A stretch of 64,000 bases of DNA from an uncultured delta proteobacterium (lineage in GTDB: Bacteria > Myxococcota > UBA727 > VGSZ01), in contig CAVZJB010000016.1 of NCBI GenBank assembly GCA_963775425.1, positions 512,001 through 576,000 on the forward strand. The letters are read 5' to 3'. Numbering within the stretch: position 1 is the stretch's first letter; every line of letters starts with the position of its first letter. Below, in pieces: positions 20,687-31,146 of this stretch. The notes under the pieces were generated by a model. The model was not told where the DNA came from. It did no database searches and was given only the letters and a program-made list of their open reading frames with translations. The translations under genes were made by a program, and so were the position numbers.

Positions 20687-23600
20687 TCAGTGCGGGTCGG
20701 CGCAGCAGCGGAAGCCGACGTTCTTGAGCTGGCCGCGGGGCGGGACCCAACGGGCGGCGCAGCGCGAGGAGAAGTCGGGGCGGTCGGCGGCGCCGCCCTT
20801 GGTGATCTTGTTGCCGTTCACCGAGTCGAGCACCCACTCGTTGGCGTTGCCGGACAGCTCGAAGACGCGGAACGGCGAGCGGCAATGCTTGTAGGACACG
20901 GCCGGCGCCAACGGGCGCGCCTTGCCCTGGGCGTCCTCGGTGTTGCACGTGTCGACGTTGTACGTGTTGCCGTACGGGAAGCGCGAGCCCGACGGCCCCT
21001 TGCACGCGCGCTCCCACTCCTTCTCCGTGCACAGCCTGCGGCCGATGCGCTCGCAGGCGTTCTTCGCCGCGCCCCAGGACACGCCGACCGTGGGCAGCGC
21101 GTCCTTGCCGTTGGGCTGCTCGTAGTAGTCCATGCAGAAGGGCTTCACGTCGACCTTGGTGTCGACGGCCTCGCCGAAGTTGCGCATGGGATCGCCCCGC
21201 GCGCTGCCGAGCGAGAACGTCCCGCCCTGCACGAACGCCATGCCGCGCGGACACGTCCCGCGCACCGCCGTCGCCACCACCGGCGCCGTGGGCTGCGTAC
21301 CCTCGTCGCCGCTCGTGCTGTCGCCCTCGTCGGGCGTCGCGTCGTGGTGGTCCACCTCGACGGGCGCGTGGTCGGCCACCGCGTGGTCCGGCGGCGTGGT
21401 GTGGTCGCTCGGCGGGGCGGTGTGGTCTTGCGGCGGGGTGTGGTCCGGCGGCGTGACGTGCTCGCCCTGCGCCGTGTCCCCCTGCGTGTCCCCCTGCGCC
21501 GTGTCCGGCGCGTGCTCGGGCGCCGCGACGTCCGCGACGGCGACGGCGCCCGCGTCCGGCGTCGCCTCGCCCTCGTGGGCGGCGTCGTCCATGGGCGGCG
21601 GCGTGAGCCGGACGTCGGCGCCGGCGTCTGCGGCGGGGCTCACGAGCACCTGGTCGCGCGGCTTGTCCTCGTGCGGCAACACGAAGCGCCACACCACGAT
21701 GGCGGCGGCGATGGCCACGACGCCGATGATGGCGGCGGCGGCGAGCCCGCTCGAGCTCTGGCCCGGGCGGCGCGGCGGCGCCACGGGGCGCAGCACCGGC
21801 GGCGGCGCGATCACCGGCGGCGGCAGCGGCTCGGCGCGGTGCAAGCCCGGCGAGCTGCGCTCCTTGGCCGCGCGCAGCACCTCGGCCGACAAGGTCTCCT
21901 GCAGCGAGTCGTCGTCGGCGATGGGCGGCGGCCGGTCTGGTCCGGCGGGCGGGAGCGACCGCGCTCGATCGGACTTGCGCTCGCGCACCTTGTCCGTCCG
22001 CTCGGAGGCGACGTTGCCCGTCTTCACCGGCGACTTGCGCTCACGCTCGGCCGCCTCGGCGTCGGCCTCGTGCTGCGCGCGCACCTCGTCGTCCATCAGC
22101 TCGGGCGGGTGCAGCTTGAGCGCGGTGAGCGCGTCGTGGATCTCGCCACCGTCCTTGCCGGCGTCGCTGCGCTTCAGTTGGGGGAGGCGCTCGTCGGTCC
22201 GCTCGTCCTCGTCGTCGAGCGCGTCATCGTCGTCGCCGGGGAGGCGCACGCGCTGATCGAGGCTGTTGTCGACGGGGTCCTCGGGCAGCGGCGGGGGGAT
22301 GAGCCCTTCGTCCTTCTCGTCGGCATACAGCGCCTCGACGAGCTTGTCGGGATCCGGCGGCAGCTCGCCGGAGGCGAGCAGGCCGTTGGTCTCGCGCGGC
22401 GGCTCGACCACCATCTCCTTCGGCAAGGGCGCGCCGCGCGGCGCGGTCTCCATGTCGGAGCCGGCGCCGCCCTCGTCGAGGGTGTCGTCGGGGTTCTGGC
22501 CGGCGCCCATCAGCCGGCGGGCGGCCTCGGCGAGCACGTCGGGCGGCGCCTCGGTGACGCCGCTTTGCAGCAGCAGCACCTGGCTCTGGCCAATCTCGAG
22601 GATCTCGCTCGGCTCGCGGAGGTCCTCGATGCCGTCGGGCAGCGGCGGCGGCCCGGGATCGTCCGACGACAACATCGGCGGCGGCCCGCGCATGGGCCCG
22701 GTGTCGTCGGCGGGCGGCGGCGCCGGCGGCTGCGTGGTGGGCAACTGCGCGCTCGCGGCTTGCGCCCCATGCGGCGGGTGACGCGGGTTCGGCAACGTCT
22801 GCGCCCCCGACAGCAGCGGCGCCGGCGGCTTGGCGGGCGGCGGCAGCGGGCCGGTCATCGCGCCGAGCGCGGCCTCGAGGTCGCGCGCCAGATCGGCGCC
22901 GCGCTGGAAGCGCCCGTCGGGGTGCTCGGTGACCGCCTTGCGCACGAGCCCGTCGAGCTTGGTCGGGAGCTGCTCGAGCGCCGCGGTCATCGCGCGCGTG
23001 TAGTGCCCCTCGAACACCATCCCCGTGAGCATCTCGGCGAGGATGACGCCGAGCGCGTAGAGGTCGGCGCGGCCGTCGATGCTCTGGGCCTCCACGCGCA
23101 GCTCCGGCGCGATGTACGGGAAGCCCTTGCTGCGCGACTTGGCGATGCCGAGGAACGGCTTGAGCGGCAGCGCCTTGACGAGGTTGAAGTCGGTGACCTT
23201 CAACAGGTCGGGGAGGATGATGATGTTCTCGGGCTTGAGATCGCCGTGCCACGTCGACTTGTGCGCGTAGTCGAGGGCGGCGCCGAGCTGGTGGAAGATG
23301 GGGACGAGCTCCTCGGCGGTGAAGGGCTGCCCCTTCTCGTGCCGCAGCCGGATGATCTTCCTGAGCGTGAGCCCCTCGAGGAGCTTCATGGTGAAGAAGC
23401 GCCGGGTGCCCTCGTGGCCCTCGTCGTAGATGCGCACGATGTTCGGGTGCTGCAGCTTGCGCGCGCCCTTGATCTGCTTGCTGAAGTTCTTCTGCTCCTC
23501 CTCGGTCTGCAGGAGGTTCGGCGTGATGCCCTTCAGCGCGATGTCGACGTCGATCTCGAGGTCACGCGCGCGGTACACGGCGCCGACGCCGCCCTGCCCG

Positions 23601-23791
23601 AGGAGCTCACCGATGCGGTAGCGGCCGGCCACCGTCTCGCCGGGCACGAAGATCGCGGCGGGGGTGCTGGTCTTGGACTCGCGGCGCGGCGGCCCGACGA
23701 CGTTGCCGCTCTCGTCGATGAACCCCTGCCCGCAGACGGTGCACTTCTGCGCGTTCTCGGGGTTGTACGAGCCACAGCGGAAACAGAGCAT
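20687..23791 (-). CDS. Zinc ribbon-Ser/Thr kinase-like-TM-FGE-sulfatase domain membrane protein
   Basis: CFRC..CTVC, GQGGVG, HGDLKPEN, DFN, YIAPE, one TM, RLCTEKEWE..GNANEW..GFRCC. Confidence 0.88.
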   Translation of the reverse strand: MLCFRCGSYNPENAQKCTVCGQGFIDESGNVVGPPRRESKTSTPAAIFVPGETVAGRYRIGELLGQGGVGAVYRARDLEIDVDIALKGITPNLLQTEEEQKNFSKQIKGARKLQHPNIVRIYDEGHEGTRRFFTMKLLEGLTLRKIIRLRHEKGQPFTAEELVPIFHQLGAALDYAHKSTWHGDLKPENIIILPDLLKVTDFNLVKALPLKPFLGIAKSRSKGFPYIAPELRVEAQSIDGRADLYALGVILAEMLTGMVFEGHYTRAMTAALEQLPTKLDGLVRKAVTEHPDGRFQRGADLARDLEAALGAMTGPLPPPAKPPAPLLSGAQTLPNPRHPPHGAQAASAQLPTTQPPAPPPADDTGPMRGPPPMLSSDDPGPPPLPDGIEDLREPSEILEIGQSQVLLLQSGVTEAPPDVLAEAARRLMGAGQNPDDTLDEGGAGSDMETAPRGAPLPKEMVVEPPRETNGLLASGELPPDPDKLVEALYADEKDEGLIPPPLPEDPVDNSLDQRVRLPGDDDDALDDEDERTDERLPQLKRSDAGKDGGEIHDALTALKLHPPELMDDEVRAQHEADAEAAERERKSPVKTGNVASERTDKVRERKSDRARSLPPAGPDRPPPIADDDSLQETLSAEVLRAAKERSSPGLHRAEPLPPPVIAPPPVLRPVAPPRRPGQSSSGLAAAAIIGVVAIAAAIVVWRFVLPHEDKPRDQVLVSPAADAGADVRLTPPPMDDAAHEGEATPDAGAVAVADVAAPEHAPDTAQGDTQGDTAQGEHVTPPDHTPPQDHTAPPSDHTTPPDHAVADHAPVEVDHHDATPDEGDSTSGDEGTQPTAPVVATAVRGTCPRGMAFVQGGTFSLGSARGDPMRNFGEAVDTKVDVKPFCMDYYEQPNGKDALPTVGVSWGAAKNACERIGRRLCTEKEWERACKGPSGSRFPYGNTYNVDTCNTEDAQGKARPLAPAVSYKHCRSPFRVFELSGNANEWVLDSVNGNKITKGGAADRPDFSSRCAARWVPPRGQLKNVGFRCCADPH

Positions 23792-23892
23792 CGGATCCTT
23801 GGCTTCTACCCTCTCATGGCGAGAGGTAAATCCCCGTCGTCGTCAGCGGCCCTGATGTCGGACCTTGGCCTACACCCGGCCTCAAAGCCCGC

Positions 23893-24351
23893 TCACGAGC
23901 CCGTGGAGCCGAACCCTCCATCGCGGCGCGCGGTGTCGTCGAGGGCGGCGACGACCTCGACCGCGGCGGGCGCCACCGCGGCCACCACGAGCTGGGCGAT
24001 GCGCATGCCGCGCTCGACGACGAACGGGACGTCGCCGTGGTTGATGAGGATGACCTTCACCTCGCCGCGGTAGTCCGCGTCGATGGTGCCCGGGCTGTTC
24101 AGGCAGGTGACGCCATGCTTGAGGGCGAGGCCCGAGCGCGGCCGCACCTGCGCCTCGAAGCCGTCGGGCACGGCGACGGCGACGCCGGTGGGCACGAGCG
24201 CGCGCGCACCGGGCGCGAGCGTCGCGGGCGCGGCGGCGACGAGGTCGAGCCCGGCGGCGCCGGCCGTGGCGCGACGGGGCAGCAGGAGCTCGCGGGCGGC
24301 GGCGTCGCTCCTGGCGGCGTCGTCGACGAAGGCGATGCGGAGCGTGGTCAC
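23893..24351 (-). CDS. dut: dUTPase
   Basis: [34 protein letters not shown]. Confidence 0.97.
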   Translation of the reverse strand: MTTLRIAFVDDAARSDAAARELLLPRRATAGAAGLDLVAAAPATLAPGARALVPTGVAVAVPDGFEAQVRPRSGLALKHGVTCLNSPGTIDADYRGEVKVILINHGDVPFVVERGMRIAQLVVAAVAPAAVEVVAALDDTARRDGGFGSTGS

Positions 24352-25379
24352 GGGCGCACCATACCCAATCGCTCGCCCGGCACAGCCGGCGATCCCGCCG
24401 CCGTCGGCGGCGAGACGCAGCGGGCGCTCGCGCGCACGGCGAACGGCACGTCGGTGATCCGCGCCGCGACGAGCTCCTTGCCCTCGTCGCGGTACGCGTA
24501 GCGCTCGCCGGCGGCCCCCGTGTAGCAGGGCGGGAAGTGCATCGAGAGCCCGCGCACCGGTTCGACGGGCGCCGCGTGGACCCGGGCCGCGGCGGCGACG
24601 GGAGCGGCGACGGGAGCGGCGCGGCGAGCGGCGGGCCGCGACGACCACGGGTGTGACAGGACGAGGACGCCGACGGCGATGACGAGGGTGACGACGAGCG
24701 CGCCCAGCAGCGACGGCGACGTCTTGGTTTGCGCGGGGGCCTCGCCCCAGCTCGACGTCGAGATCGCGGGCGGCTCCGGCTCGTGCACCACGGCGAACGG
24801 CCGGTGGCCGGTGAACGGGAGCAGGCCGAGGCAGCCGACGGTGGCGACGGCCATGAAGGACACGGCGGCGGCGGCGTCGACCAGCGACGGCGCGACGACG
24901 CCGGCGAGGGCCATCTCGGCGGCGGCCGCGGCGGCGACGCTCAACAGCCCCGCGACCAGCGCGACGCCGACGATGTTGCCGGGCCGGAGCTCGGTGTCCT
25001 CGCGCCGATGCCACGCGAACGCCACCTGGATGGCGCGCGCGCCGACCGCGAGCGTGGCGAGGTCGGCCCACGGCACATGGCCGTGGGACAGCGTGACCAG
25101 CGCGTCGCCGGCGGAGACGACGACGAGGGTGACGGCGAGCGCCCGGCTCTTTCGGCGCGGCAGGAAGAGCGCCGCCAGCGCGCGCAGCGCGGCGTTCGGG
25201 ATCTCCTGGGCGACGGCGTCGACGCCAGCGTGACCCGCGAGCCGCGCGAGCACGAACGCGAGCGCGAGTCCGGCGGCGGTCACGAGCCAGAGGGCGCGAG
25301 CGACGACGACGAGATCGAGCTCGAGGCGCTCGCCGGTGCGCTGTTTTACGGGCGGGTCGCCCTCGGGCGGCGCGCTCAC
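24348..25379 (-). CDS. Hypothetical multi-pass membrane protein with small C-terminal extracytoplasmic domain
   Basis: Several TM segments; C-terminal [15 protein letters not shown]; GTGA overlaps on both sides. Confidence 0.55.
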   Translation of the reverse strand: MSAPPEGDPPVKQRTGERLELDLVVVARALWLVTAAGLALAFVLARLAGHAGVDAVAQEIPNAALRALAALFLPRRKSRALAVTLVVVSAGDALVTLSHGHVPWADLATLAVGARAIQVAFAWHRREDTELRPGNIVGVALVAGLLSVAAAAAAEMALAGVVAPSLVDAAAAVSFMAVATVGCLGLLPFTGHRPFAVVHEPEPPAISTSSWGEAPAQTKTSPSLLGALVVTLVIAVGVLVLSHPWSSRPAARRAAPVAAPVAAAARVHAAPVEPVRGLSMHFPPCYTGAAGERYAYRDEGKELVAARITDVPFAVRASARCVSPPTAAGSPAVPGERLGMVRP

Positions 25380-26560
25380 GGCGGATCGTGACCCGCCTTG
25401 GCGCCGTCTCCGGGCGCGGCAGGGTCGGAGGGCGTAACGACGGTGGCCTCGGCGGCGGCGCCCTTGCCCTTCCAGAAGCCGGCGGCGCCGCAGGACGGGC
25501 AAAAGAAGCCGTCGGTCTCGGGGTCGAGCGCGTCGTAGGGGACGTTCTTGCCGCACGAAGGGCAGCGGACGTCGGTGATGCGCCGGCGGCGCATCGGCAC
25601 GATCACCCAGGCGAAGAGCGCGACGAGCGCGGCGCCGCCGACGGCGGTGCCCATGATCGCGACCGCGACCGTCTTGAGCGGCGGGCCCTTGTGATCGTCC
25701 ATGCCCGGCACCGGGAACGGGTCCTCGATGCGGGAGCGGTCGGCGCTCGCGGGGATGCCCGTGCGCGTGAGGTCGGTGGCGCCGGTGCCGTCGGAGTCGA
25801 CCTTCCACGGCTCGCCGACGCCGAACGACGCCGACACCGGCTTCACGGTGATGTGCGTGGGCTTGTTGGGCGCGAACGCGAGCCCCTGGTCACACACCTC
25901 GACGCGCCCGAGGCCGAAGACGCCCGCGTAGCGCGCGTCGACGACGGCGGAGCGCCCGGTGTGCGCGTCCTCGACGAGGAACGCCTCGGGCTCCGGCGAG
26001 CCGGGCGCGGTCTCGAAGGCGATGCGGTGCGTGAGCCACGTCCCGCACCCGGGCCGCTCGCGCGCCTCGAGGGGCGCGAGCCACAGCGCGGTGAGCACCG
26101 GCGGCCCCGCGCTCGGCGACGCCGGGCCTTTCGTCGACGACTCCCGCGCCGGCGCCCCCGACGGGCCCGGCGCCCGCGGCGCGGGCGGCTCGCTCGTGAC
26201 GGCGACGGCGTCGCGCGGGAGCTTGTCGCTCTTTCGCAGGATGCCGAGGTACGCGCGCTCCGGCATGGCGCCCGTGGCGCTGACCTTCACGAAGCGGCTG
26301 GGGCTCGCGCCCTGGTCGCCGAAGACGTCGAACGACACGGGGGCGTCGTCGACCGGCGTGAGCGTCTGCTTTTTGACCGCGTCCTGCTGGAACAGCTCGA
26401 GCTGCGCGTCGTCGTGCAGCCACGCCGTCACCGTGTGGTCGCCGGCGAGCTGCGCGGGCCCGCGCTCGAGGATGCGCGCCGTGGGGCAGCCGCAGACCAC
26501 TCGCGGCGGCGGGCTCGCCGCGACGGCGAGGGCCGCGCCGAGCAGCGCGGCGATCATCAC
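25376..26560 (-). CDS. Signal peptide-ectodomain-TM-C-terminal zinc ribbon protein
   Basis: TM helix, RRRR stop-transfer, then CPSC-x17-CPSC. Confidence 0.7.
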   Translation of the reverse strand: MMIAALLGAALAVAASPPPRVVCGCPTARILERGPAQLAGDHTVTAWLHDDAQLELFQQDAVKKQTLTPVDDAPVSFDVFGDQGASPSRFVKVSATGAMPERAYLGILRKSDKLPRDAVAVTSEPPAPRAPGPSGAPARESSTKGPASPSAGPPVLTALWLAPLEARERPGCGTWLTHRIAFETAPGSPEPEAFLVEDAHTGRSAVVDARYAGVFGLGRVEVCDQGLAFAPNKPTHITVKPVSASFGVGEPWKVDSDGTGATDLTRTGIPASADRSRIEDPFPVPGMDDHKGPPLKTVAVAIMGTAVGGAALVALFAWVIVPMRRRRITDVRCPSCGKNVPYDALDPETDGFFCPSCGAAGFWKGKGAAAEATVVTPSDPAAPGDGAKAGHDPP

Positions 26561-27159
26561 CGGAGCACCCTCGCCTGGGCGGCCTTGCCTTTGCCCGTCA
26601 CCGCGACGCTGCACGCGGCGCCGCACATCGGGCAGAACATCTGGTGCCCGCTCTTGTCGTCGACGGGGATGGGCAACGGCGCCTCGCACGACGGGCACGG
26701 CACCTCGAGGATCACGCGGCGCTTCAGGCGCGAGACCGCCGCCAACGCCGCGGCGCCGAGGAAGATGGCGCCGAGCCCGCCCACGGCCGCCATCGGCATC
26801 ACCAGGGCGAGCATCTGGTCCTCGTCGGAGACGTGCAACGAGCGCGGCGTCCGCATGTCCTTCCACCGGCCGTCGGCGCCGGGGGCGTAGACGGCGACGC
26901 CCTGGTCGCAGACGTGCTCGTCCCAGGTCTCCCCGTAGCCCACCTTGTGCTGCTGGGCCTCGTCGAGCTCCTCGAAGAACGCCGCGTTCGTGCCGTCGCA
27001 GCGGATGTCCACGGGATCGCTCGCGCCCGCCGGGGCGGCTTTGTCAGGCGCGGCCGCTCCCTCCGGCCGCTGATCAGCGACCGGGCGCGCGCTCTTGGCC
27101 GTTTCACCGGCCCATGCGCCCGGGGCCGCCAGGAGGGTCAGGACGAAAAGCGCGCGCAT
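26557..27159 (-). CDS. Signal peptide-small ectodomain-TM-C-terminal zinc ribbon protein
   Basis: MRALFVLTLLAAPGAWA, TM, KRR, then CPSC-x17-CPMC. Confidence 0.7.
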   Translation of the reverse strand: MRALFVLTLLAAPGAWAGETAKSARPVADQRPEGAAAPDKAAPAGASDPVDIRCDGTNAAFFEELDEAQQHKVGYGETWDEHVCDQGVAVYAPGADGRWKDMRTPRSLHVSDEDQMLALVMPMAAVGGLGAIFLGAAALAAVSRLKRRVILEVPCPSCEAPLPIPVDDKSGHQMFCPMCGAACSVAVTGKGKAAQARVLR

Positions 27160-27210
27160 TCGGGCCACCTTAGCAAACCGACACCGCCGCGACGGGGTTA
27201 GTTTCCGCGC

Positions 27211-29733
27211 GTGACGCAGCTCGTCGCCAGGGTGCCCGGCCTCACGGGACGCGGGATGCCGAAGCGGCTGGGGCCGTTTCTGTCGCCGTTCGCCAAGCGG
27301 TTCCTCGACCACATCCCCTTCCCCGCCGCCACCGCCGACAAGATCCGCTCGCTCGCCGCGGACGGCGCCGTCGTCGTCTGGGTGCACCGGGCGCGAAACC
27401 CCGTGGAGCTGCTCGCGCTCACCCGGGTGCTCGCGCGCGAGGATCTGCCGCGCGCGCGATACGTCGGCGGGCTCAACGTCGCCGGGCTGCAGCCGTTCTG
27501 GGTGTGGCCCTCGTGGCCCAAGAGCGCCGCCCGCGAGGAGGACCTCCTCGAGCGCTGCGTGCGCGCCGGCTTCGCAGCCGAGATCTTCCTGCGACGGCCG
27601 CTGACGCTCTTGTCGTCGGGCAGCGCGCTCAAGGCGCGCTTCATGGAGGTGCTCGTACGGGCGCAGCGCACGATGGAGCGCCCCATCGTCCTCGTGCCTT
27701 GCTTCCTCGCGCTCAAGCAGCGGCCCGGCAAGTTCGAGCCCACGCCGCTCGACGCCATCTTCGGCACCGTCGAAGAGCCCGGCCTCCTGCGCGCCATCGG
27801 GCGCGTCGTCGCCGCCGGCAACGCCGCGCGCTTCGAGGTGAGCGAGCACGTCGACCTCAAGACCTTCGTCGGCGAGCACGAAACGGCGAGCGACGCCGTC
27901 ATCGCCAAGAAGGTGCGCTGGTCCATCCTCCACCACCTCGCGCGCGTGGAGCGCGTGGCGCACGGGCCGGCGCTCAAGAGCCACGCGCGCATGCGCGCCG
28001 AGATCCTCCGCGACCACGCGCTCCAGCGCACCATCGACGAGCTGGCGACGTCGACAGGCACCCCCAAGGCGCTCCTCGAAAAGAAGGCGGGGGCCATGCA
28101 CGACGCCATCGCCGCCCGCTTCGACGTCGACATCACGCGGCTGTACTCCCGGATCCTCGACGTCATCTGGTCCCGCATCTACGACGGCATCCATTGGTCC
28201 GCCGAGGAGGTCGACAAGCTGCGCGAGGTGGCCAAGCGCGGGCCGCTGGTGCTCGTGCCGTCGCACCGCAGCCACGTCGACTACATGGTGATGTCGCAAG
28301 TGATGCTGAAGGCCGGACTGTTGCCGCCGCTCGTCGCCGCCGGCGACAACCTCAGCTTCTTCCCCCTCGGCCCGCTGTTTCGCCGCGGCGGCGCGTACTT
28401 CCTCAGGCGCTCCTTCAAGGGCGACGCGCTGTACGCCGCGGTGTTTCGCGCGTACGTCCGCAAGCTCTTCGTGGAGGGCTTCACCCAGGAGTTCTTCATC
28501 GAGGGCGGCCGCAGCCGCACGGGCAAGACGCTGCCGCCCAAGCTCGGATTGTTGTCCATGCTCGTCGACGCGTACCTCGAGTCGCGCGAGGACGACGCCA
28601 TCTTCGTCCCCTGCCACATCTCCTACGAGCGCGTCATCGAGGCCCGCAGCTACATCGGCGAGCTCGCGGGCAAGCAGAAGGAGAAGGAGTCGGCGCGCGG
28701 GCTGGTGAAGACGGCGGGCGTCCTCGGTGGGCGCTACGGCCGCGTGTACGTCACCTTCGACGAGGCCATCTCTTTGAAGGCGCACCTGGCGTCACGCGGG
28801 CCCGACCCGGACCGGCGCCTGGCCATCTCCACGCTGGCGCACAAGATCGTCTACGGCATCAACCGCTGCGGCGTGGTGACGTCGACGTCGGTGATGGCCA
28901 CCGCCTTCTTCGGCTCGCGCAAGAAGGGCGTCGACGAGGACGTGCTCCTCAACGGCGCGCGTCTGTTGACCGGGCACCTGAACAACAAGCCCGCGGCGAG
29001 CGTGCGATGGCAACCCGGCCTCGACGTCAGCGACCCGGCCGCGCTCGACCTCGAGCTGCGCGCGGCGCTGGCCCGCCTCGTCGACGACGGCCTGCTCCTG
29101 CGCGCGGAGGCCGGCCCGCGCGTCCTGTACCAGATGGCGCCGGAGGCGGCGTTTCCCCTCGACACGTTCAAGAACCAGATCCTGCATCACGTGGTGCCCG
29201 AGGCCATCGTGGCCACCGCCATCACCGCCGCCGGCCCCGGCCCCGCGGCGCGGGCGGCGCTGGCGGAGACGGCGCGCACGCTCTCGCGCGCGTTCAAGAT
29301 CGAGTTCATCTACCGGGTCGGCGTCACGTTCGACGAGCTGTTCGACGAGGCCGTGAGGAACGGCATCGCCGCCGGCTTCCTCGAGCAGTCCGGCGAGACC
29401 ATCGTCACGCCGGACACGCCGGAGGCGCGCGCCGCGCGCAGGTTCGCGAAGAACCTCATCCTGAACTTCGTCGAGGCGTACCACGCGTGCCTGGTCGCGC
29501 TCCCGCCGGGCCCGCCGCCCGAGGACAAGGCGGAGCTGAAGGCGCTCGAGAGCAGCCTCCTCGACGCGCTCAAGGCGCACGTGCTCGCGGGCGAGATCCG
29601 CTGCGCCGAGGCCGCGAGCAAAGCCATCGTCGAAAACGTCGTCGCGCTCACGTCCGAGATCGACGACGCTGAACGCGCCCGCATCGTCGACGTCCTCGGA
29701 CGCGCCCGCACCCCCCACGGCGCTCCCTCGTAG
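27211..29733 (+). CDS. plsB: Glycerol-3-phosphate acyltransferase (PlsB type)
   Basis: PSHRSHVDY, GAYFLRRSF, FFIEGGRSRTG, ISYERVIE. Confidence 0.9.
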   Translation: MTQLVARVPGLTGRGMPKRLGPFLSPFAKRFLDHIPFPAATADKIRSLAADGAVVVWVHRARNPVELLALTRVLAREDLPRARYVGGLNVAGLQPFWVWPSWPKSAAREEDLLERCVRAGFAAEIFLRRPLTLLSSGSALKARFMEVLVRAQRTMERPIVLVPCFLALKQRPGKFEPTPLDAIFGTVEEPGLLRAIGRVVAAGNAARFEVSEHVDLKTFVGEHETASDAVIAKKVRWSILHHLARVERVAHGPALKSHARMRAEILRDHALQRTIDELATSTGTPKALLEKKAGAMHDAIAARFDVDITRLYSRILDVIWSRIYDGIHWSAEEVDKLREVAKRGPLVLVPSHRSHVDYMVMSQVMLKAGLLPPLVAAGDNLSFFPLGPLFRRGGAYFLRRSFKGDALYAAVFRAYVRKLFVEGFTQEFFIEGGRSRTGKTLPPKLGLLSMLVDAYLESREDDAIFVPCHISYERVIEARSYIGELAGKQKEKESARGLVKTAGVLGGRYGRVYVTFDEAISLKAHLASRGPDPDRRLAISTLAHKIVYGINRCGVVTSTSVMATAFFGSRKKGVDEDVLLNGARLLTGHLNNKPAASVRWQPGLDVSDPAALDLELRAALARLVDDGLLLRAEAGPRVLYQMAPEAAFPLDTFKNQILHHVVPEAIVATAITAAGPGPAARAALAETARTLSRAFKIEFIYRVGVTFDELFDEAVRNGIAAGFLEQSGETIVTPDTPEARAARRFAKNLILNFVEAYHACLVALPPGPPPEDKAELKALESSLLDALKAHVLAGEIRCAEAASKAIVENVVALTSEIDDAERARIVDVLGRARTPHGAPS

Positions 29734-29745
29734 CGCGCCGGCGGC

Positions 29746-30453
29746 CTACTCGAGGTCGCAGGCGTCGACGACGCCGGCGTCGCCGCGGGCGAAGTTGCAC
29801 TCCGCGAGGCGCTCCGGCAGCAGCTCGAGCGTGAACTGCACCTTGATGTTTCCCTCGAGGAAACCCTTGTTCTCGTTGTCGCTCTTCTTGGCGCCAATCT
29901 CGAGGGTGGCGGACAGCTCCGGCGACGTCTGTTCGACGACGAGGCGCGCCGTGCGATCGGACGCCACCTGCGCGACGCGGTCGGGGTAGCGATCCGCCTC
30001 GCTGATCACGGGCGAGCGGAGGTGGATGGTGACGTCGCTGATGAAGGGGAGCACCTCGGGCGGCAGCGAGCCGTCGCTCTTGACGAGCGTGATGTTCTTG
30101 TCGCCCTCGCGGATGACGTTTCCACGGCTGACGTCGACGAGCAGCTCGTCGCCGCGCGCGATGTCGTCGAGGATGGCCTGACGATCGGCCGCGGAGAGCG
30201 TGCGCAGGTCGACGCGCGGGTCGAACACGGCCTGGCTGAACATCAGGTGCAGCACCACGGCGTCGGTGGCGCGATCCTTGAGCACGGGGGTGTCGCCGCC
30301 CGCGTCGGCGACGTACGCCGTCTCGTCGAGCCAGGCCGCGGCGGTCCCGCCGATGTCGAGCGCGCGCCCGCCGAAGTCGCCGCTGACCACCACGGGGCTG
30401 CACCCCGAAAAGAGCGCGCCGGCGACGACGAGGACGCCCGCGGCGCGCTTCAC
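29746..30453 (-). CDS. Hypothetical lipoprotein
   Basis: Lipobox FSGC. Confidence 0.7.
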   Translation of the reverse strand: MKRAAGVLVVAGALFSGCSPVVVSGDFGGRALDIGGTAAAWLDETAYVADAGGDTPVLKDRATDAVVLHLMFSQAVFDPRVDLRTLSAADRQAILDDIARGDELLVDVSRGNVIREGDKNITLVKSDGSLPPEVLPFISDVTIHLRSPVISEADRYPDRVAQVASDRTARLVVEQTSPELSATLEIGAKKSDNENKGFLEGNIKVQFTLELLPERLAECNFARGDAGVVDACDLE

Positions 30454-31067
30454 CCTGCGCCTCCCTCGTCGTCACGCTCGCTGCCCGCGGGGGCGGCGTC
30501 GGGCGCGGGCGGGGTGGCGACGTTCTCCGCTGCACCCTCGGCGAGGAGCTCCTCGCGCAGCTTGGCGCCCGCCTCGTGCCCCGCCTGCTGGATCGAGACG
30601 CCGGCGTCGGGCGCCTGCGCCACCGCGCGCACCAGCTCCTTGGCGCCGCGCTGCACGCGCACCGTGCACAGAAACGTGTCGCCGATGCGCGAGACGCTGC
30701 TCGCGACGATGAAGGCGGCGTCTTTGAACTTCGACGCGACGGCGTCGGGGCACGGGGCCTCGGTGCAGGCCGCGAGCTCGGCGCGCACGGAGGGCTCGTC
30801 GACGACGTCGAGGCCGCTCGTCAGCGCGACGGCGTCCCGCAGCCGGGCCGACAGGTCCTCGACGTTGAGCCCGGGCGCGTCGACGAGGTGCACGGCGGCG
30901 GGCGGCGCGTCGATCTTCGCGGCGGCTTCGACCTTCGGCTGCGGCGCGGCGGCGGGCGCTTCGGCCGCGGGGCCGGCGCACGCCGCGCCCCCGAAGAGGC
31001 CGGCCGCGAGCACGGCGGCGGAGAGCGCGGCCGCGCGGAGGGTGGAGACGATGAGCGGGAGGGGCAC
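30450..31067 (-). CDS. Hypothetical lipoprotein (CsgG/TolB-N-like alpha/beta pattern)
   Basis: Lipobox AAC; CTEAPC; IVASSVSRIGDTFLCTVRV. Start approximate. Confidence 0.55.
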   Translation of the reverse strand: MPLPLIVSTLRAAALSAAVLAAGLFGGAACAGPAAEAPAAAPQPKVEAAAKIDAPPAAVHLVDAPGLNVEDLSARLRDAVALTSGLDVVDEPSVRAELAACTEAPCPDAVASKFKDAAFIVASSVSRIGDTFLCTVRVQRGAKELVRAVAQAPDAGVSIQQAGHEAGAKLREELLAEGAAENVATPPAPDAAPAGSERDDEGGAG

Positions 31068-31146
31068 GGGCGAAGCATCGAGAGCGCCGGGCGTCCGGTC
31101 AAGCCCCGGGCGCGGCGGGGCCGGCGGGCCGCTGTATCGTCCGTCG

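Noticed and set aside
19769-24073. 1434-aa plus-strand ORF (likewise 35131-38676, 47346-51224, 14528-16960 and 56326-58374)
   Set aside because: Antisense shadows of motif-bearing genes, expected in high-GC DNA; no recognisable motifs of their own.
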